From: a phage
Sequence record: PX583170.1
Strand: one strand, 5' to 3'
Length of the DNA stretch: 56,260 nucleotides
Shown: positions 16,913 through 26,605 of the stretch, piece after piece
Layout of the letters: each line of letters starts with the position of its first letter
How positions within the stretch are numbered: the first letter of the stretch is position 1
The notes under the pieces: generated by a model
Databases searched by the model: none
Seen by the model: the letters and a program-made list of their open reading frames with translations, nothing else
What the model was told of the DNA's origin: nothing
Made by a program: the position numbers and the translations under genes

Positions 16913-17563
16913 ATGATTACTGCAACACTCGTTGACCACATGGGCAGCGACCTCACAACTGTTAATGCTGCACGAGTTTCTTATGGTGCAGAGTCGCATG
17001 AAATATCTTTACGTGACGAGAAGCTGATTGAGTTTCTTGCAAAGCATAAGCACATTACGCCGTTTCGCCACGCTCAGGTAACATTGCGCTGCAAAGCCCC
17101 AATCTTCATTGCACGTCAGCTTGGCAAACATCAAACGGGCTTTAGTTGGAATGAAGTTAGCCGTCGCTACAAAGATGGTGAAGCAATCTCGATTGAATGC
17201 TTTGTACCAGATGTTGTATTCGGTCGTCCTGAGAAGTTGATGACTCAGACTGCACAACCGTTGCCACAAGATTTTGCTGACGATATTCATTATCGCATGG
17301 AAAGCCATAACAAGGCTTGCATCGCAGAGTATGAAACGTTAATTGGTTTGGGGATTGCCCCAGAGCAAGCTCGCATGGTTCTTCCACAATCCATGATGAC
17401 TACATGGATTTGGACTGGCTCACTTTATGGCTGGGCATCTATGTATAATCAACGTTCCTCCGAACACGCGCAATATGAAGTTCGCTTGTTTGCGGAAGAA
17501 GTGAATAAAATCATGTCAGAACTGTTCCCAATTTGTTGGAAGGCTCTGACCAACCAGGAATAA
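16913..17563 (+). CDS. thyX: ThyX-like flavin-dependent thymidylate synthase with a variant signature motif
   Basis: ARQLGKHQTGFSWNEVSRRY matches the ThyX pattern (RHR-x7-S ... S-x-RY) except that RHR is KHQ; SD ggaga; 10-bp hairpin at 16867..16896 upstream. Confidence 0.65.
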   Translation: MITATLVDHMGSDLTTVNAARVSYGAESHEISLRDEKLIEFLAKHKHITPFRHAQVTLRCKAPIFIARQLGKHQTGFSWNEVSRRYKDGEAISIECFVPDVVFGRPEKLMTQTAQPLPQDFADDIHYRMESHNKACIAEYETLIGLGIAPEQARMVLPQSMMTTWIWTGSLYGWASMYNQRSSEHAQYEVRLFAEEVNKIMSELFPICWKALTNQE

Positions 17564-17567
17564 ATAA

Positions 17568-19331
17568 ATGAACGTCAAGCAATGTGTGGCTAAGATTAAG
17601 CACGATGTACCAGACTGTAAATCCACATCTGGCAAGTCCTTACAGGTTTGGTTGAATGTCGATGAAGCTGGTAATAAGAACTTCTCTGGTTACTGCTTTG
17701 CGTGTGGCGTTCTAGTACCAAATCCTTATGGCAATAATCCGGAGAACATTCCAGAGATTAAAGTCAAGACTCCAGAAGAAATTCAGGAAGAAGTTGATGA
17801 AATCACTGCTTGTCCTCCGTTTGATTTAACCCATCGCAGTATTGAGCCAGAATTCTGGAAAGCTGCTGGTGTTCGACTTCTGTATTCAGAGTATGATGGA
17901 AAGACTCCAAATGCTTTGGCACATGGCTATACCAAAAATGGTAAACTTGTTCGTTGGAAGATTAAACTTCTGAACAAGAAAGTTATGTGGTCGGTTGGCG
18001 ACACCCAGGGTAACGACCCTTACAACTGGATGGCTGCAAAAGCAATTGGCGGTAAGACACTGTTCATCACAGAAGGTGAAGAAGACTGCATCGCATTGCG
18101 TCAAATCCTCAAAACTATGAACCGTGGTGGTGCATATGAAGATTTGGATTTTGCTGTAATTAGTTTGAGTGATGGAAGTGATTCCGTACACAAATGTTTG
18201 TCACCAGTTGCAGAAGAAATTAAGCAACGTTGGGAGCAGGTTGTTATCGTATTTGATGATGATGAACCTGGACGTAAAGCTGCAAAAGAAGCGTGCCGAT
18301 TGTTGCCTGGTGCAATGATTGCAACACTTCCAGCTAACGATGCCAACGATTGTTTGAAGCGTGGCTTGCTAAAAGCTACTCAGTCTGCTGTTGTATTTCG
18401 TGCTGCTCGTCCTCTTCCTACAGCACTTGTCAACAAAGAACTTCTTATGGAGGAACTTGATGACGAGGTTGAACAAGGCGTGGACTATCCTTGGCCCAAG
18501 TTAACCGACTTAATGTTTGGTCAGCGTCGAGCCGAAGTTATTACAATCGGTGGTGCAGAAGGTGGTGGTAAAACTACGCTGTCCCGTCAGATTGTGCATC
18601 ACAACATTACCAAGCATGATTGGGGAGTGTTTACTGCATACATGGAGGAAACTCCTATAGAGACATTGCGCCGAATGGCTGGCCTCAATGACAACTTGCC
18701 ATATTGGGAACCTGCGTTTACTCGTGAAGACCCTCGATATGATGAAGCTAAGTTCCGTCAAACTGCTGCGAAGATGCTTCGTAACATGGAGATTTGGGAC
18801 CGCAAGCAAGCTGGAGAAGACCCTTATGAAACCTGGGATGGGTTAAAGACGATTCTTCGTCAGATTGGACCAGACATTGATATGTTTGTCCTTGATAACT
18901 TAACCTACTTATCGGAAGGGATTTCTGCCTCAGAGAAGAACGACTTCTTAGGTAAGCTGTATGCAGATATTACTAAGCTGGCAGACCAATACCAGTTCCA
19001 TGTGAATATCTTGTCGCACCTTAACCCTGTGGCAAAAGGTCAACGACCTCATGAGGATGGTGGCCGTATTAAGAAGTCAGACTTTACTGGCTCCCGTGCT
19101 GCTGCTAAATATTCTCATGGTATGTTCGGCTTTGAGCGTAATAGCCAGGCAGTTGACCCAAACTGCTCTATTATTCGTTCCATTAAGGCTCGTAAGAGTG
19201 GTAAAACAGAAGGCTTCAAGACGTATTATGACACCGAATCTGGTCGAATTATTCAACGTTCTTGGGACGACTCGCTGTTCGAAACTAAAGAGATTGTTCA
19301 GCTTACTAAGAAGAACGGTCCACATCAATAA
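17568..19331 (+). CDS. Bifunctional primase-helicase (T7 gp4-like)
   Basis: Cys pair CFACG, TOPRIM-like FITEGEEDC and VFDDDEPGRKAA, Walker A GGAEGGGKTT, Walker B MFVLDN. Confidence 0.85.
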   Translation: MNVKQCVAKIKHDVPDCKSTSGKSLQVWLNVDEAGNKNFSGYCFACGVLVPNPYGNNPENIPEIKVKTPEEIQEEVDEITACPPFDLTHRSIEPEFWKAAGVRLLYSEYDGKTPNALAHGYTKNGKLVRWKIKLLNKKVMWSVGDTQGNDPYNWMAAKAIGGKTLFITEGEEDCIALRQILKTMNRGGAYEDLDFAVISLSDGSDSVHKCLSPVAEEIKQRWEQVVIVFDDDEPGRKAAKEACRLLPGAMIATLPANDANDCLKRGLLKATQSAVVFRAARPLPTALVNKELLMEELDDEVEQGVDYPWPKLTDLMFGQRRAEVITIGGAEGGGKTTLSRQIVHHNITKHDWGVFTAYMEETPIETLRRMAGLNDNLPYWEPAFTREDPRYDEAKFRQTAAKMLRNMEIWDRKQAGEDPYETWDGLKTILRQIGPDIDMFVLDNLTYLSEGISASEKNDFLGKLYADITKLADQYQFHVNILSHLNPVAKGQRPHEDGGRIKKSDFTGSRAAAKYSHGMFGFERNSQAVDPNCSIIRSIKARKSGKTEGFKTYYDTESGRIIQRSWDDSLFETKEIVQLTKKNGPHQ

Positions 19332-19396
19332 CAGAGCTGCTACGCTGCATGGTTCGCCCACCAGCGTAGCCCTCACCAATCCATTGGAGCCATACT

Positions 19397-21331
19397 GTGT
19401 TGTATCCTTGGGAAAATATGTATGCCAGTGACATTGAAACAACTGGTCTGTTGGAGCAAATGCGCAAGCAAGCTGCACCACGTCTTCACAACATCGGATA
19501 TATTGATGTTCTAACTCGTGAAGAAACTGTAATAGAGTGGACCGACAGAAAATCTATCCAGGCATTTCTGGACACAGGCCCAACATTAATCATGCACAAC
19601 GGCGCAACCTTTGACTTTGAAGCACTGAGGTTCCTTGGTTACGACGTTTCAAAATGTACCTTAATTGATACTTTGTTTATCAGTTGGTATCTGCAACCTC
19701 GTCGTGTTAAGCACGGCTTAGAAGGTTACGGCGAAGAGTTTGGCGTGCCAAAACCAGTCATTGAAGATTGGGAAAATCAAACTCAAGAAGAATACAACCA
19801 TCGTGTGATGGAAGACTGCAAGATTCAGTTGAAGCTGTGGGAACAGCAATACATTCAACTCTTGAAGATTTATAAATCTCCTAGCGAAGTTAAGCGCTTC
19901 GTTGAATACCTGATGACAAAAGCTCGTCAACAAGTTATTCAACAACGTACTCGCTGGAAGCTGAACATTGAGAAGGCATTGGCGTTTAAGGCCAAGCTGG
20001 AACCAATGATTAAAGAGAAGACGGACGCATTGGAAGCATCAATGCCGCGTGTTCCGGAATATGTTATCAAAACCCGTCCAGCTAAATGCCACAAGATGAA
20101 CGGGCAACTGTCTGCCACTGGGATTAAGTGGAAGGCTATTTGTGATGCAAACGGTTTGGATTGGAAAGACCCAGACCTGGCTATCAAAGTTCTTAAAGGT
20201 TATAAGAAGCCTAATGCTGGTTCCCATGTTCAAATTAAGGATTGGTTGTTCAGCTTAGGCTGGGAACCAGAAACCTTTAAGTTTGACCGCAACAAGGAAA
20301 CGGGTGAAACTCGCCAGATTCCTCAAATCACTGTGAAGGATGAAGATGGCAATCCTGAAATATGTCCGAGCTTGCATAAGCTGGCGGAAAGAAACCCCGA
20401 CTCTGGTATTCAACATCTTATTGGGATGGGCGTGTATAAACACCGTCTGTCTGTTGTTAATGGCTTCCTTCGCGACGTCGATGAAGATGGGTTCCTTACT
20501 GCACGATGCGGTGGCCTTACCAATACTTTACGCCTTAAACATCGCGAACTTGTTAACCTCCCTTCTATTCGTGTATTTGGCGGTGAAGAACTGCGTTCAA
20601 TGTTGGAAGCGTGGCGCGAAGACTACGAACAGTTAGGTTCTGACTTGTGTTCTTTGGAAGACCGCTGTAAGCACCACTTCCAATGGATGTATGACCCTGA
20701 ATACGTTAAGAAGCAGTTGGCACCAGACTATGATGCTCACCTTGCAATTGGCGTAATTGGTGGATTTATTACTGAACAGGAATCTCAGGACCACAAGGAC
20801 GGAATTAAGAAGTGTAAACAACGTCCAATGTTTAAGACCACAAACTATGCTTGTCAGTATGGTGCTGGTGTACCAACTGTAGCCCGTTCTGCTGGCTGTG
20901 ACCAGACCACTGCTGCACGACTGCATAAAGCATATTGGGACTTGAACTGGTCTATTAAAGAGATTGCTGCAAACACCAAAGTTATCACAGTTGATGGTCA
21001 GATGTGGCAACAGAATCCAGTAAACAAATTCTGGTATTCGTTGCGTACAGAGAAAGACCGCTTCTCCACATTGTGTCAGGGTACTGGTGCATATGTGTTT
21101 GATGTTTGGTGTAACAACATCATTGCAATTTGTAACGAACGTTGGGGCTGTGACCCGCTTCTGTCTGGACAATTCCACGATGAATTGATTCTCCAAGTTA
21201 AGAAAGGTTTCCGTGATTTATGGACGGACTTGCTTAATGAAGCAATGGACCGAACCAACAAAGAACTTAAACTTAACCGTGATTGTGCATGTGATGTACA
21301 GTTCGGTGATAACTACGCAGAGATTCACTAA
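19397..21331 (+). CDS. Family A DNA polymerase with 3'-5' exonuclease domain
   Basis: Exo I DIETTGL; motif B-like RPMFKTTNYACQYGAG; motif C-like QFHDELIL. Confidence 0.85.
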   Translation: MLYPWENMYASDIETTGLLEQMRKQAAPRLHNIGYIDVLTREETVIEWTDRKSIQAFLDTGPTLIMHNGATFDFEALRFLGYDVSKCTLIDTLFISWYLQPRRVKHGLEGYGEEFGVPKPVIEDWENQTQEEYNHRVMEDCKIQLKLWEQQYIQLLKIYKSPSEVKRFVEYLMTKARQQVIQQRTRWKLNIEKALAFKAKLEPMIKEKTDALEASMPRVPEYVIKTRPAKCHKMNGQLSATGIKWKAICDANGLDWKDPDLAIKVLKGYKKPNAGSHVQIKDWLFSLGWEPETFKFDRNKETGETRQIPQITVKDEDGNPEICPSLHKLAERNPDSGIQHLIGMGVYKHRLSVVNGFLRDVDEDGFLTARCGGLTNTLRLKHRELVNLPSIRVFGGEELRSMLEAWREDYEQLGSDLCSLEDRCKHHFQWMYDPEYVKKQLAPDYDAHLAIGVIGGFITEQESQDHKDGIKKCKQRPMFKTTNYACQYGAGVPTVARSAGCDQTTAARLHKAYWDLNWSIKEIAANTKVITVDGQMWQQNPVNKFWYSLRTEKDRFSTLCQGTGAYVFDVWCNNIIAICNERWGCDPLLSGQFHDELILQVKKGFRDLWTDLLNEAMDRTNKELKLNRDCACDVQFGDNYAEIH

Positions 21332-21603
21332 TGAAAATTGTATATTCTATTTACGATATGCAGGAGTTAGAGCACCATATGTTTGCTACTGATTCCGAAG
21401 TTCTCGCAAAGGACGCTGTAATGGCGTTTCTTGAAAAGATTAAGGGCAACGTATTCGCTTCGTCCGACCCACAGTCTCAAGCACTTAATGACGAAACATT
21501 TAAAAACATCCAAACTTTAATCTCGGCAACGACTTCGATTGAAGAGCTGTCCGAAGTATTAGTTGGATATGACTTCCAGCTTGCAATGTTGCAAGTTGAT
21601 TAA
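21331..21603 (+). CDS. Hypothetical protein (90 aa)
   Basis: TAATG overlap with the polymerase stop. Confidence 0.45.
   Translation: MKIVYSIYDMQELEHHMFATDSEVLAKDAVMAFLEKIKGNVFASSDPQSQALNDETFKNIQTLISATTSIEELSEVLVGYDFQLAMLQVD
21556..21577 (+). promoter_or_regulatory. Promoter-motif copy P13 (inside the 3' end of the preceding gene)
   Basis: gtATTAGTTGGATATGActtcc, 58 nt before the next start. Confidence 0.4.
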
Positions 21604-21634
21604 CTCCCAAAACTGAAATTTAAAGGTACTCAAA

Positions 21635-22501
21635 ATGGCATTTGCTGCTCCTACACTGGCCTCGAACAAGACTCCTTCTGCTGCACCATTACTGGAAGCG
21701 GGTGGTTATCCTGCTCGTGTTTGCCGTATTATCGACCTTGGCTTACAGCCTGGTTCTGCTAAATATCCTACTCCGTCCCTGAAACTTCTGGTGACTTTCG
21801 AACTGCTCGACGAGTACATGAAAGAAGTTGACAGTGAAGGTAAAATGGTCATGGTTCAAGACCCAGACGAAGATGACGGCATCATGATGGCGAAGAATCT
21901 TGAAGACAAGCCGCGTTGGTTTGACTTTGAGTTTACCTATAATGCTGACGGCTTCATGGGTGAGAACTCCCACATCTACAAATTCGCTAAAGCGATTGAT
22001 GCACTGGAAGTTAAACCTAACCTGGAACAAGGTATTCAGGGCCATCCTGCCAAGAACCTGCCGGATTGGTTGGGCGAACCTCTGATTGTTGGCATTGTTC
22101 AGTATACCAAGCAGTCAGGTAAGAACGCTGGCCAGGTTGCGAACAAAGTTGCTACCTTCTCTCCGATGAAATCTAAAGAGAAGAAAGAAGCTAAAGCCCT
22201 GGTTAACCCGACTGTCTTCTTTGACATGTCTGAGCCGGACTTAGAAGTATTCAACAAACTGCCAGGTGGCGAATCTCCGTATGCAATCAAGAACCGTATT
22301 ACTTCCGGTGTTGATTTCTACAAGACTAAGCTGTCTGCACTGTTAGGCGGTAAACCTGCTGATGAAGGCGCTGTACCAAATCAGGCTTCTGATGAAGAGG
22401 TTGATGCAGCCATGAAAGCTGAACTGGAAGCACAGGCTGCTGCAAAAGCACAGCGTGAAGCGGAAGGTGGCGCTGCTGGCGGCACAGGTATGCCGTTCTA
22501 A
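21635..22501 (+). CDS. Putative ssDNA-binding / annealing protein (tentative)
   Basis: Position between polymerase and exonuclease; Ala/Glu-rich C-terminal region ending GMPF. Confidence 0.35.
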   Translation: MAFAAPTLASNKTPSAAPLLEAGGYPARVCRIIDLGLQPGSAKYPTPSLKLLVTFELLDEYMKEVDSEGKMVMVQDPDEDDGIMMAKNLEDKPRWFDFEFTYNADGFMGENSHIYKFAKAIDALEVKPNLEQGIQGHPAKNLPDWLGEPLIVGIVQYTKQSGKNAGQVANKVATFSPMKSKEKKEAKALVNPTVFFDMSEPDLEVFNKLPGGESPYAIKNRITSGVDFYKTKLSALLGGKPADEGAVPNQASDEEVDAAMKAELEAQAAAKAQREAEGGAAGGTGMPF

Positions 22502-22509
22502 TTGTAAAT

Positions 22510-23571
22510 ATGGCTCCTTCGGGAGCCTTTAATTTGGAGCTTACCAAAGTGAGTAAGAAACGAGTATTGTTGCTGGTTGACGGCGACATGGTTGCATTCA
22601 GTCACTGTGCTGCTGAGGAATACGGCAAAGATTCAGAAGATATTAACTTTGCTAAGATTCAAATGTCAATGGATTCCAAGATGGAATTCCTTGCGAAACG
22701 TGTAGGAGCTACAGAAGTAGTCACCTGCATTTCGCCATCCAAAACATTCCGTAACGTTCTTGCCGAGAATTACAAAGGCAATCGTGATGACGTATGGCGA
22801 CCAGAAAACTTGAAGAATGCGAAAGCACATCTCATGGTTGCCTGGAATGGCGTATGGATGAAAGGTCTGGAAGCAGATGACCTCCTTGCTGTATTCGCAC
22901 GTCATGAATACGAAATGACAATGGGTAAACGTAATGAGATTAAGAGCCTCAGGCGCATTGGTCCTTGCACATATGATGAAGTCTGGATTGCGTCGCTGGA
23001 CAAAGACTTGCGACAAATCGGGCAGAATGGTGGTGCTGGTCCAGTAATTAAACATTACCAATGGGAACGAGAAACCCAGGGTATCGGTGAGAAGGTTGTA
23101 ACTCCGCAGGACTACGGCGAACTCAAACTAATCATCAAGGACAATGGCAAGTCGAAGAAGAAAGAAGTTAAAGGCAATGGCCCTAAATTCTTCTTGCATC
23201 AATTGCTTATTGGCGACTCAACGGATAACGTTATGGGTTGCGGAGTTCTTGAAGAAAGAATTTACAAAACTGGTGCCAAAGCCGGAGAAACCTATTTCCG
23301 TCGTGATGGCATTGGTGCAGTTGCTTCATTCGAAATGCTGGATGGTACAACATCCTATGCAGAAGGTTTGAAGAAAGTTATTGGTGCATATATTGTGCGC
23401 TTCGGAGATGGTTGGGAACAAGAGCTACTCAAAGTAGGTCGCCTTGTTTACATGCACCATCAAATTGAAAAGGGTAATTGTGTTCGCTTGTGGCATTACA
23501 AGAACATTAACGAATACTTTGACCTTAAAGAGAATCGTATCCTCACTCAAGAAGAGTACCTCCAGAAATAA
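22510..23571 (+). CDS. 5'-3' exonuclease / flap endonuclease
   Basis: N-terminal VLLLVDGDMVAF; synteny with T7 gene 6. Confidence 0.6.
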   Translation: MAPSGAFNLELTKVSKKRVLLLVDGDMVAFSHCAAEEYGKDSEDINFAKIQMSMDSKMEFLAKRVGATEVVTCISPSKTFRNVLAENYKGNRDDVWRPENLKNAKAHLMVAWNGVWMKGLEADDLLAVFARHEYEMTMGKRNEIKSLRRIGPCTYDEVWIASLDKDLRQIGQNGGAGPVIKHYQWERETQGIGEKVVTPQDYGELKLIIKDNGKSKKKEVKGNGPKFFLHQLLIGDSTDNVMGCGVLEERIYKTGAKAGETYFRRDGIGAVASFEMLDGTTSYAEGLKKVIGAYIVRFGDGWEQELLKVGRLVYMHHQIEKGNCVRLWHYKNINEYFDLKENRILTQEEYLQK

Positions 23572-23582
23572 TTGGAGTTGGA

Positions 23583-24107
23583 ATGGCTTACGGTTATTGT
23601 GGAACGGAAGCCAAGTTTGTATCTTGGCTCCAATCTGCTATTCGAAGTGTTTGGTCTAAACACCCAAGCAAACTCGCGCTGATACAATCTCGACGCATTG
23701 CATTGAAGGTCGGTGACTCAAAGAAACCAATCTTCCACATTCAATGCTACCATTGCAAGAAGTTGTATAAGCTCAAAGAGATTGAAGTAAACCACAAAGT
23801 TCAGGTTGGTGGCCTTCTTAAGTTGGAAGACCTGCACCGCTTTGTGGACAATCTTCTACTGGTTCAGCCAGAAGATTTGGAATTGCTGTGTAAAGATTGT
23901 CACGGCATTATTACATACATGGAACGATATGGTGTATCACGACGTGATGCAGTCATTGAGAAGAAGTGTATTGCATTTGCCAAATTGTCTGACGAAGAGC
24001 AAATTGCCAAGTGCAATCTTGCTAAAATAGAGCCAGTTCCTAAAACCAAAATCGGACGTAAGAATGCTGTCCGAGAATACCTGAGAAAGAATCTTAATGT
24101 CTATTAA
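23583..24107 (+). CDS. HNH-type or endonuclease VII-like nuclease (tentative)
   Basis: Cys pairs CYHCKK and CKDCHG flanking NHKV. Confidence 0.4.
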   Translation: MAYGYCGTEAKFVSWLQSAIRSVWSKHPSKLALIQSRRIALKVGDSKKPIFHIQCYHCKKLYKLKEIEVNHKVQVGGLLKLEDLHRFVDNLLLVQPEDLELLCKDCHGIITYMERYGVSRRDAVIEKKCIAFAKLSDEEQIAKCNLAKIEPVPKTKIGRKNAVREYLRKNLNVY

Positions 24108-24852
24108 GCTCCTCGCTGATGGTACAAGATATACAAAGGCTCACGCACATGATTGGGAAGACCCAAACTGTCTTATTCGTGGTCGATGCGAATTGTACAT
24201 CAAAATTGACGGCATACGAGCGATTCGTAATGCTTCTGGTGAGGTATGGAGCCGCAACTCTAAACCTCTCCCTCACTGCGACCATCTCAAATTTAAAGAT
24301 GCAGAAATCTTTCGCGGTTCCTGGAACGAGACTTCATCTATCCTTGGGCGTATCGACCCTCCGACCGTACCGTTATCGCAAGAAAACGTTTACGAGCTGA
24401 GTGATGGTGCTGTTGACCCACGCTTGTACATCGGCTGGTGCAAAGACCCAAGCAATGAAAACCTTAAGGCATTGATGGATAAATATCTGGCGCTTGGTCA
24501 TGAAGGTATCATTGTCCGTGATGCAAAAGGTAAATGGTGGAAGATTGTACCATATAAATATGCCGATGTGAAGATTACTGGTATGAAAGAAGGTACTGGT
24601 GCTCTTAAAGGTATGTGTGGTTCTATCTCCTCAAACTACGGCAGTGCTGGTTCAATGGTGAAAGATTGTCTGGCAGACCACGGTATTCCAGAATCTAACA
24701 CATTGATTCGTAAGTGGTTGTGGGAACATCGCCACGAGCTAATTGGTTCGATTATGCAAGTTCGATATCGTGAGAAGACAGAAGCTGGTAAGTTCCGGTT
24801 CCCGTCACTCGTTCGTTTACGTGCAGACAAAAGTGAGGAAAGTTTTGATTAA
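24097..24852 (+). CDS. ATP-dependent DNA ligase (small)
   Basis: Adenylation motif I KIDGIR; motif IV-like EGIIVRD; downstream KGKWWK. Confidence 0.7.
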   Translation: MSIKLLADGTRYTKAHAHDWEDPNCLIRGRCELYIKIDGIRAIRNASGEVWSRNSKPLPHCDHLKFKDAEIFRGSWNETSSILGRIDPPTVPLSQENVYELSDGAVDPRLYIGWCKDPSNENLKALMDKYLALGHEGIIVRDAKGKWWKIVPYKYADVKITGMKEGTGALKGMCGSISSNYGSAGSMVKDCLADHGIPESNTLIRKWLWEHRHELIGSIMQVRYREKTEAGKFRFPSLVRLRADKSEESFD

Positions 24853-25471
24853 GCGATTAGCTGTTATTCTTAATGGACCTCCTGGCTGCGGTAAAGACAC
24901 CATTGCAAATAAGATTGTTGCTGCCGAGGAACCTTACTTTCTAGGTAAGCGCAAATTCATTAAACACCAGTTTAAGGATGCACTGTATGAGCATACTGCC
25001 AAACACTTTCAAGTTGATGTGGACAAGTTTATTCACTACGCTTCGGACCGTGACCTCAAAGACTCTATCTCCCTTGCAGGTCTTGGTGGCAGAACACCTC
25101 GTCAGGCTCTTATTCACGTTAGCGAAGACGTGTATAAACCTCGCCACGGACAAGACTACTTCGGTAAGGTTGAAGCTGCTCGTGTTGAGGAACTCGCGGG
25201 GCGTATGGGTGGCATTATTAATGTCATTTATCCCGATGGCGGTTTTGGTGATGAAGTCGTTGCCATTGAGTCTGCTTATGATTTTGTCCTCATTGTGCGT
25301 TTGCATCGTGATGGTTTTGATTTCACGGGCGATTCTCGCAGATACATCAACCTCCCAGACACACCTACCCGCGTAACAGTGGACGAACATTTAGTTGATG
25401 GTAAAGTGGGTGATTCTGTATTCAAAGTGTTCAACTGGATTGAACGCGTAACTTATCAAGTAGAGAAATAA
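24845..25471 (+). CDS. P-loop (deoxy)nucleoside monophosphate kinase (TTG start; GTG 24833 alternative; ORF opens at 24743)
   Basis: Walker A NGPPGCGKDT, resembling T4 dNMP kinase as recalled. Confidence 0.5.
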   Translation: MIKRLAVILNGPPGCGKDTIANKIVAAEEPYFLGKRKFIKHQFKDALYEHTAKHFQVDVDKFIHYASDRDLKDSISLAGLGGRTPRQALIHVSEDVYKPRHGQDYFGKVEAARVEELAGRMGGIINVIYPDGGFGDEVVAIESAYDFVLIVRLHRDGFDFTGDSRRYINLPDTPTRVTVDEHLVDGKVGDSVFKVFNWIERVTYQVEK

Positions 25472-25473
25472 TC

Positions 25474-25995
25474 ATGTCTTGTATTACCCAAGTTGTTGCA
25501 GTTAAACGAGTGCATCCTAATGCGAAATTACCTGTGTACGCTACTGCTGGTGCTGCTGCTGCTGATGTTTGCACTATCTCCGATAGCACTGTTGTTATCA
25601 ATCCCGGCTGCTCTGCTGTTTTCGATACTGGCCTCCAATTCGAGATTCCAGTTGGATACGAACTCAAAGTATATAGCCGCTCTGGTCATGGCTTTAAGTC
25701 TGGTATTCGCCTGGCAAACTGCACAGGAATTCTGGACTCCGATTATCGTGGCAATCTTATGGTTAAGTTGCACAACGACTCGGACACAGCCTTTGTGGTT
25801 CAACCAGGTGAACGTATTTGTCAAGTGCAAGTTAGTAAAGCTACTCAACACCATTTCGTTGAAGTTGACCGCTTGAATGCAACTGGTCGTGGCGAAGGTG
25901 GCTTTGGCTCAACTGGTCGTGTGGAACTTGGTCAGCATGAAAGACCACATATTCCAGAAGGCTTGACAGTCCACAATCACAGCATTGCCAAGTAA
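25474..25995 (+). CDS. dut: dUTPase
   Basis: Motifs SRSGHGFKSG and GILDSDYRGNLMV. Confidence 0.85.
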   Translation: MSCITQVVAVKRVHPNAKLPVYATAGAAAADVCTISDSTVVINPGCSAVFDTGLQFEIPVGYELKVYSRSGHGFKSGIRLANCTGILDSDYRGNLMVKLHNDSDTAFVVQPGERICQVQVSKATQHHFVEVDRLNATGRGEGGFGSTGRVELGQHERPHIPEGLTVHNHSIAK

Positions 25996-26034
25996 TATTC
26001 GACATTCTCAGTAACCAATTGGAACCTATCTGAA

Positions 26035-26364
26035 ATGAAACTGTCCTCACCTGTTGTAGTAAATAACCGCAAAGTTAAATTTGCATACCTCAAGTCTAAT
26101 GTCACCTCCACCGGTGGCGGGACTTATCTCACCCGTGCACTTGCAGTTCGCAACGAAACAGGTGCGGATGTTATCGTTTTCATGCTCCCTCGTGGTGAAA
26201 ACACAATCAAGAACGTCGAACGTATCAAGCGTGGGCGCGAAGATTTAATGTCGGCTGTTAAGCCGCTGATACTGCCATTTAAGATTGTGGTGGTTGTTGG
26301 TTCTACCCAAGCATATCTGGAAGATTTCTATAAAGATATGGCCTGGAGCGATATTAAATATTAA
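26035..26364 (+). CDS. Hypothetical protein (109 aa); possible small terminase subunit by position
   Basis: Immediately upstream of the terminase large subunit; no motif recognised. Confidence 0.4.
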   Translation: MKLSSPVVVNNRKVKFAYLKSNVTSTGGGTYLTRALAVRNETGADVIVFMLPRGENTIKNVERIKRGREDLMSAVKPLILPFKIVVVVGSTQAYLEDFYKDMAWSDIKY

Positions 26365-26380
26365 GCGACACGCGTAACTA

Positions 26381-26410
26381 AGGAGGCTATCTGGCCTCCT
26401 ATCTTATTCG
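26381..26410 (+). terminator. Possible terminator / attenuator hairpin
   Basis: AGGAGGC-tatctg-GCCTCCT 7-bp stem then atcttattc; weak U-tract. Confidence 0.35.
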
Positions 26411-26419
26411 GAGTCGCTT

Positions 26420-26605
26420 ATGCGCACAATACAATGTCCTAACTGCCACTATGAAATTGCAGAAGATGATTTCATAACGCAGCAATGTCCTATCTGTGAT
26501 TCATATATGCCACTAAACCGCCTGTATTTAAAGGCCGATTCTGGTTTAGGCAGCATCATTCGCATCAATCCCGTGCAAACTCAGCCATTAGTGGATTGTG
26601 ATTAA
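26420..26605 (+). CDS. Small zinc-ribbon protein (61 aa)
   Basis: CPNC-x17-CPIC. Confidence 0.45.
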   Translation: MRTIQCPNCHYEIAEDDFITQQCPICDSYMPLNRLYLKADSGLGSIIRINPVQTQPLVDCD

